In this document: one piece after another, positions 60,808 through 64,000 of the stretch
Layout: every line of letters starts with the position of its first letter
How positions within the stretch are numbered: position 1 is the first letter of the stretch
Assembly: GCA_039096225.1 (NCBI GenBank)
Contig: JBBPEB010000034.1
Location: 372,001 to 436,000, forward strand
DNA: 64,000 nucleotides
Source of the DNA: Blastocystis sp. Blastoise
Lineage: Eukaryota > Protista > Bigyra: Opalinata
Reading direction: 5' to 3'
Program-made: the position numbers and the translations under genes
The notes under the pieces: model-generated
Seen by the model: only the letters and a program-made list of their open reading frames with translations
Told to the model about the DNA's origin: nothing
The model's database searches: none

Positions 60808-62460
60808 CTAATTTGCTTCTATATAGAACAATAATTATAATTTATTAATAGTATTATATATCTATATATACGTGGATATAATTTGAAATCAGGTCGACGT
60901 GATAGTATATTACTATTATTATTATTACTATTATTAGTAGTAGCAGGAGTAACTGTAATTTCATCCATAGCATTATCATCATCATCAATATCCGCGGTTA
61001 TTTCTATAAAAAATGAAATATGTATATAAAATTGTTTATATATATATATACGTTGATGCTCTTTATCTACCCACCCATTCTCTTCTATATATATATATAT
61101 ATAATTATATATATATATATATATATAATATTTTTAGTACTTACGTTGTGAAATATAATAGTTGTATGAATACTCCTATATATATATATTATTATTATTA
61201 TATTAATATATTAATATACTCCTTGACACATTTTTTGAAGAATATTCACGGTTTTGGGATCTAATTTATTCATTAATTCGGGATGAGCTGCAAATTTATG
61301 AATTAATTCATTCATTTGTTGAATTGTCATTTGATAGCCTTCATCTTCATATTCCTCTATTGTTTTATATACTTTTTTAGTTTTCCAGAATCTATATCGG
61401 AATCCCCAATATAATAAAACTAATTGTTTATTTAAGAAAGGAATAATTAGACTTGAAAAACACTTAAAAAGAACAATTGAAACGGCAACGATGACAGACA
61501 TAGTGACAGAGGGTGACGCAGAACATAAAAGAAGAAAACCAATACCTATATATATTTATATATTTATTAAATTTATAAACTAACTATAATAATAATAATA
61601 ATATATACCAGCTAAGAATGCATTAAGAACATTTAAACTTTTAGCTTTTGAATCTGGCATATATAGATACATAATAACAATACCAATAATAGCTGTAAGA
61701 ACAACATATCCTATTAAATATGGATAATATTGTGATATATAATTAGTTGTTGTTTGAGTCAGCAACTGTTTTATAAATGATCCTAAACCTATATATATAT
61801 AATAATAATAATATATATATATATATATGTATACCAATAGACGATAATACACTTAAGAGTCCAACTGTTTTCTTATTAATATTTAATCTATATTATTAAT
61901 AATAATATTAATAATAATAATATATATACCTTTTATAGATAAAATAGAAGAGAAGACACGAAGATAGAAGTACAGTTAAAGTTGCAGAAGAAGCATATAG
62001 GAATAAATGACTATGTGAAATACTATATATATTATATATAATATATAATATATAATATATTAAAAGTATACTAATAAGCCGCTATCAGTAAGATGAATCC
62101 AACAATTAATAGAATAACATGATTATAAGAGAATTCTATATATATATGAAAATAATAAATATATAAAAAAAATATAATTAATAATAAAAATACCATGTGT
62201 AATAGAAACATCAACGTTAACAATAAATGGTTCAGAATTTTGAATTTTGAATAAAATAGCACCAACAGGAGATATATATTGTAATTCAGCACCATTTTCG
62301 TCTTTGAATGTTCTTTCATATTTTGTATCTACAGTGCCACTGTGTTTCTCTTATATCTCTATTAAAATTATATAAAAAAAGTAAATTAAGAACTATTTAA
62401 GGTTAAAGAAAATAGAACTAAAATAGATTTGAGATCCTGTTCAACTTTTTTTGGATATAA
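60808..62460 (-). CDS. NEMP/TMEM194-like nuclear envelope membrane protein, 5' end apparently missing
   Basis: VGFILLIAAY.ISHSHLFLYASS, YLIGYVVLTAIIG, and YKTIEEYEDEGYQMTIQQMNEL resembling the NEMP LTEEEY..QG..ET.KALEEL motif. No start exon found before the transposon end. Confidence 0.65.
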
Positions 62461-62508
62461 GGCGTACTACCAAATGTGGCTAAACAAGAAAAACTCTGCC
62501 TACCAGTG
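62460..62508. mobile_element. Solo right end of a CAC-family transposon
   Basis: GTACTACCAAATGTGGCTAAACAAGAAAAACTCTGCCTACCAGTG aligns with the outer element's right end GTACCACCAAATGGGGCTACACGGGAAAAACCTGCCTACAGGTG. Confidence 0.8.
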
Positions 62509-62925
62509 TGTGGTTTGAAGAAACAAACTTTTTTGTTTGCTCTATGTCTATTATATATATATAAACTAAGTTGTTAACAATGTTTTTGCAAACACATATT
62601 AAGATTCAATATCAATAAATATAATTTCTTATGATATATCTATTATTTTGAGCAAATATTCTATGAATACAGAATTATTATGAATTCATAATAAACATAA
62701 AATAATACACTTTATAAATATTTGAATACATTTATTACCATTATTTAAATTATATTTAACTACTAATGATATTTAATAATTTCAAAATATACCAATGTTT
62801 TTATTTATATATAAAATTTGTAAATACGTTAATAAATATATTAAAAAATTATGAAAAAGAAATGATACATAGATAGCATAGTATAAAAAAGTAGTACAGA
62901 TAAATAAAAAAAGTATTTACTCGAT

Positions 62926-64000
62926 TTATTTTAATTTATAAAATACATGATTCTCTTTAATAAATGCCGAATCATTCAATTGTTGTTTATATATATTCCT
63001 TTTTTCATCTGAAATATCATAATCTATATAATGTTATTAATACAAATAACTATATGTATACCCAACCAAAAAATAAATTCTTTCAATTTTGGAATCTTTC
63101 CAATAGTTATAAATTTAATAAGTTTGGATAATTGTTCTTCATCATAAATATCTATAAAACACAAAATAGTATATAAAATAATGATAAATGTACATAATTC
63201 TAAGCTTCTTATATTTTGAGTTTTATTTTCATTTATACAATCTAACAGCAATTTTATATCATATATACTCATCATTTCATCTAAACAAAAGTATAATACT
63301 TTAATAAGATATATATACTGTCTGTACTAATAATTTTATCTATAAATGAATTACTATCATATTTACATCGAGGAATAGAAGTATCAGGATTATAAGTATA
63401 AGAGGAGTCATCATATGTGTCTATAGAAATATAATATTAATGAATTTGAATAAAATCATTATTACAGACATACTATAAAAAACAATGGTACTTAATGATG
63501 GAAAGTTATTATTATGAATAAATTTAAATAACTTTTTAATAAAAGAACAAGAATATTCTTCGTTACCAGAGTAAACTATAGATATATACAATATCTAGTT
63601 TTAAAATATAATTATATAATAAAAAAAAATATGTGCAAATCATGATTTGTAATATATAATATCATGGTTATCATTATTATATACAAAACTTAATATATTT
63701 TAATTGATGGAAATTATCTGTAGTGAGTACTTGATAAAAACTATTGTCTAGTATGCCATTAATACCTAAATATATATTCATAAAAAAATCATGAAATGTA
63801 TAATAAAAAATAATAAAAATATTATATCTAAATAATATATATACTTAGATTTAATTGAGTTGTATTATGAAAGCAACCCTTGTGAACTAATCGATTTATA
63901 AAAGACATAGTACAACCTAATAAGAATAGTTTACAATAATTATATAAATTATCAAAACACATAATTATATATATAAATAATTACCTTGTATTGTAACAAT
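62926..64000 (-). CDS. 3' part of a lineage-specific LRR-like protein, probably the same broad family as 56729-60519
   Basis: Short GT-AG exons encoding HNNNFPSLSTI, NIRSLEL and KIPKLKEF; terminal exon ends ENHVFYKLK-TAA. Runs off the window. Confidence 0.55.

Overview
Very AT-rich (by eye under ~20% GC), intron-rich eukaryotic nuclear DNA using the standard genetic code. Most introns are short and filled with (TA)n/(AAT)n, which produces most of the poly-I/Y/L ORFs in the track. Gene content, AT-AC minor introns and BTB/TLDc families suggest a protist, possibly a Blastocystis-like stramenopile (inference only). Host genes: a MORN-repeat protein, NOL6/Utp22, two AIG1/Pr6Pr-like membrane proteins, an Asn-rich unknown, Rab8/Sec4, glucosidase II beta, a ~15 kb KMT2/trithorax-like H3K4 methyltransferase, BTB-TLDc, a Myb-like factor, two members of a lineage-specific family and a NEMP/TMEM194-like gene. 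The main unexplained structure is 9796-24611, a three-level nest of DNA transposons. A 14.8 kb CAC...GTG element with a 3-bp TSD contains a CAGT...ACTG element with a TA TSD, which contains a 5.4 kb relative of the outer element. The two CAC elements share left and right arms but carry different central cargo (Pack-type). The outer cargo is a decayed copy of part of the neighbouring NOL6 gene, joined through a hybrid microsatellite intron to a 5'-truncated exportin-T gene. Also notable: three U12-type AT-AC introns, and a strongly over-represented TCCCGYG motif written into exons through rare synonymous codons. All protein identifications come from motif recognition, not database searches.
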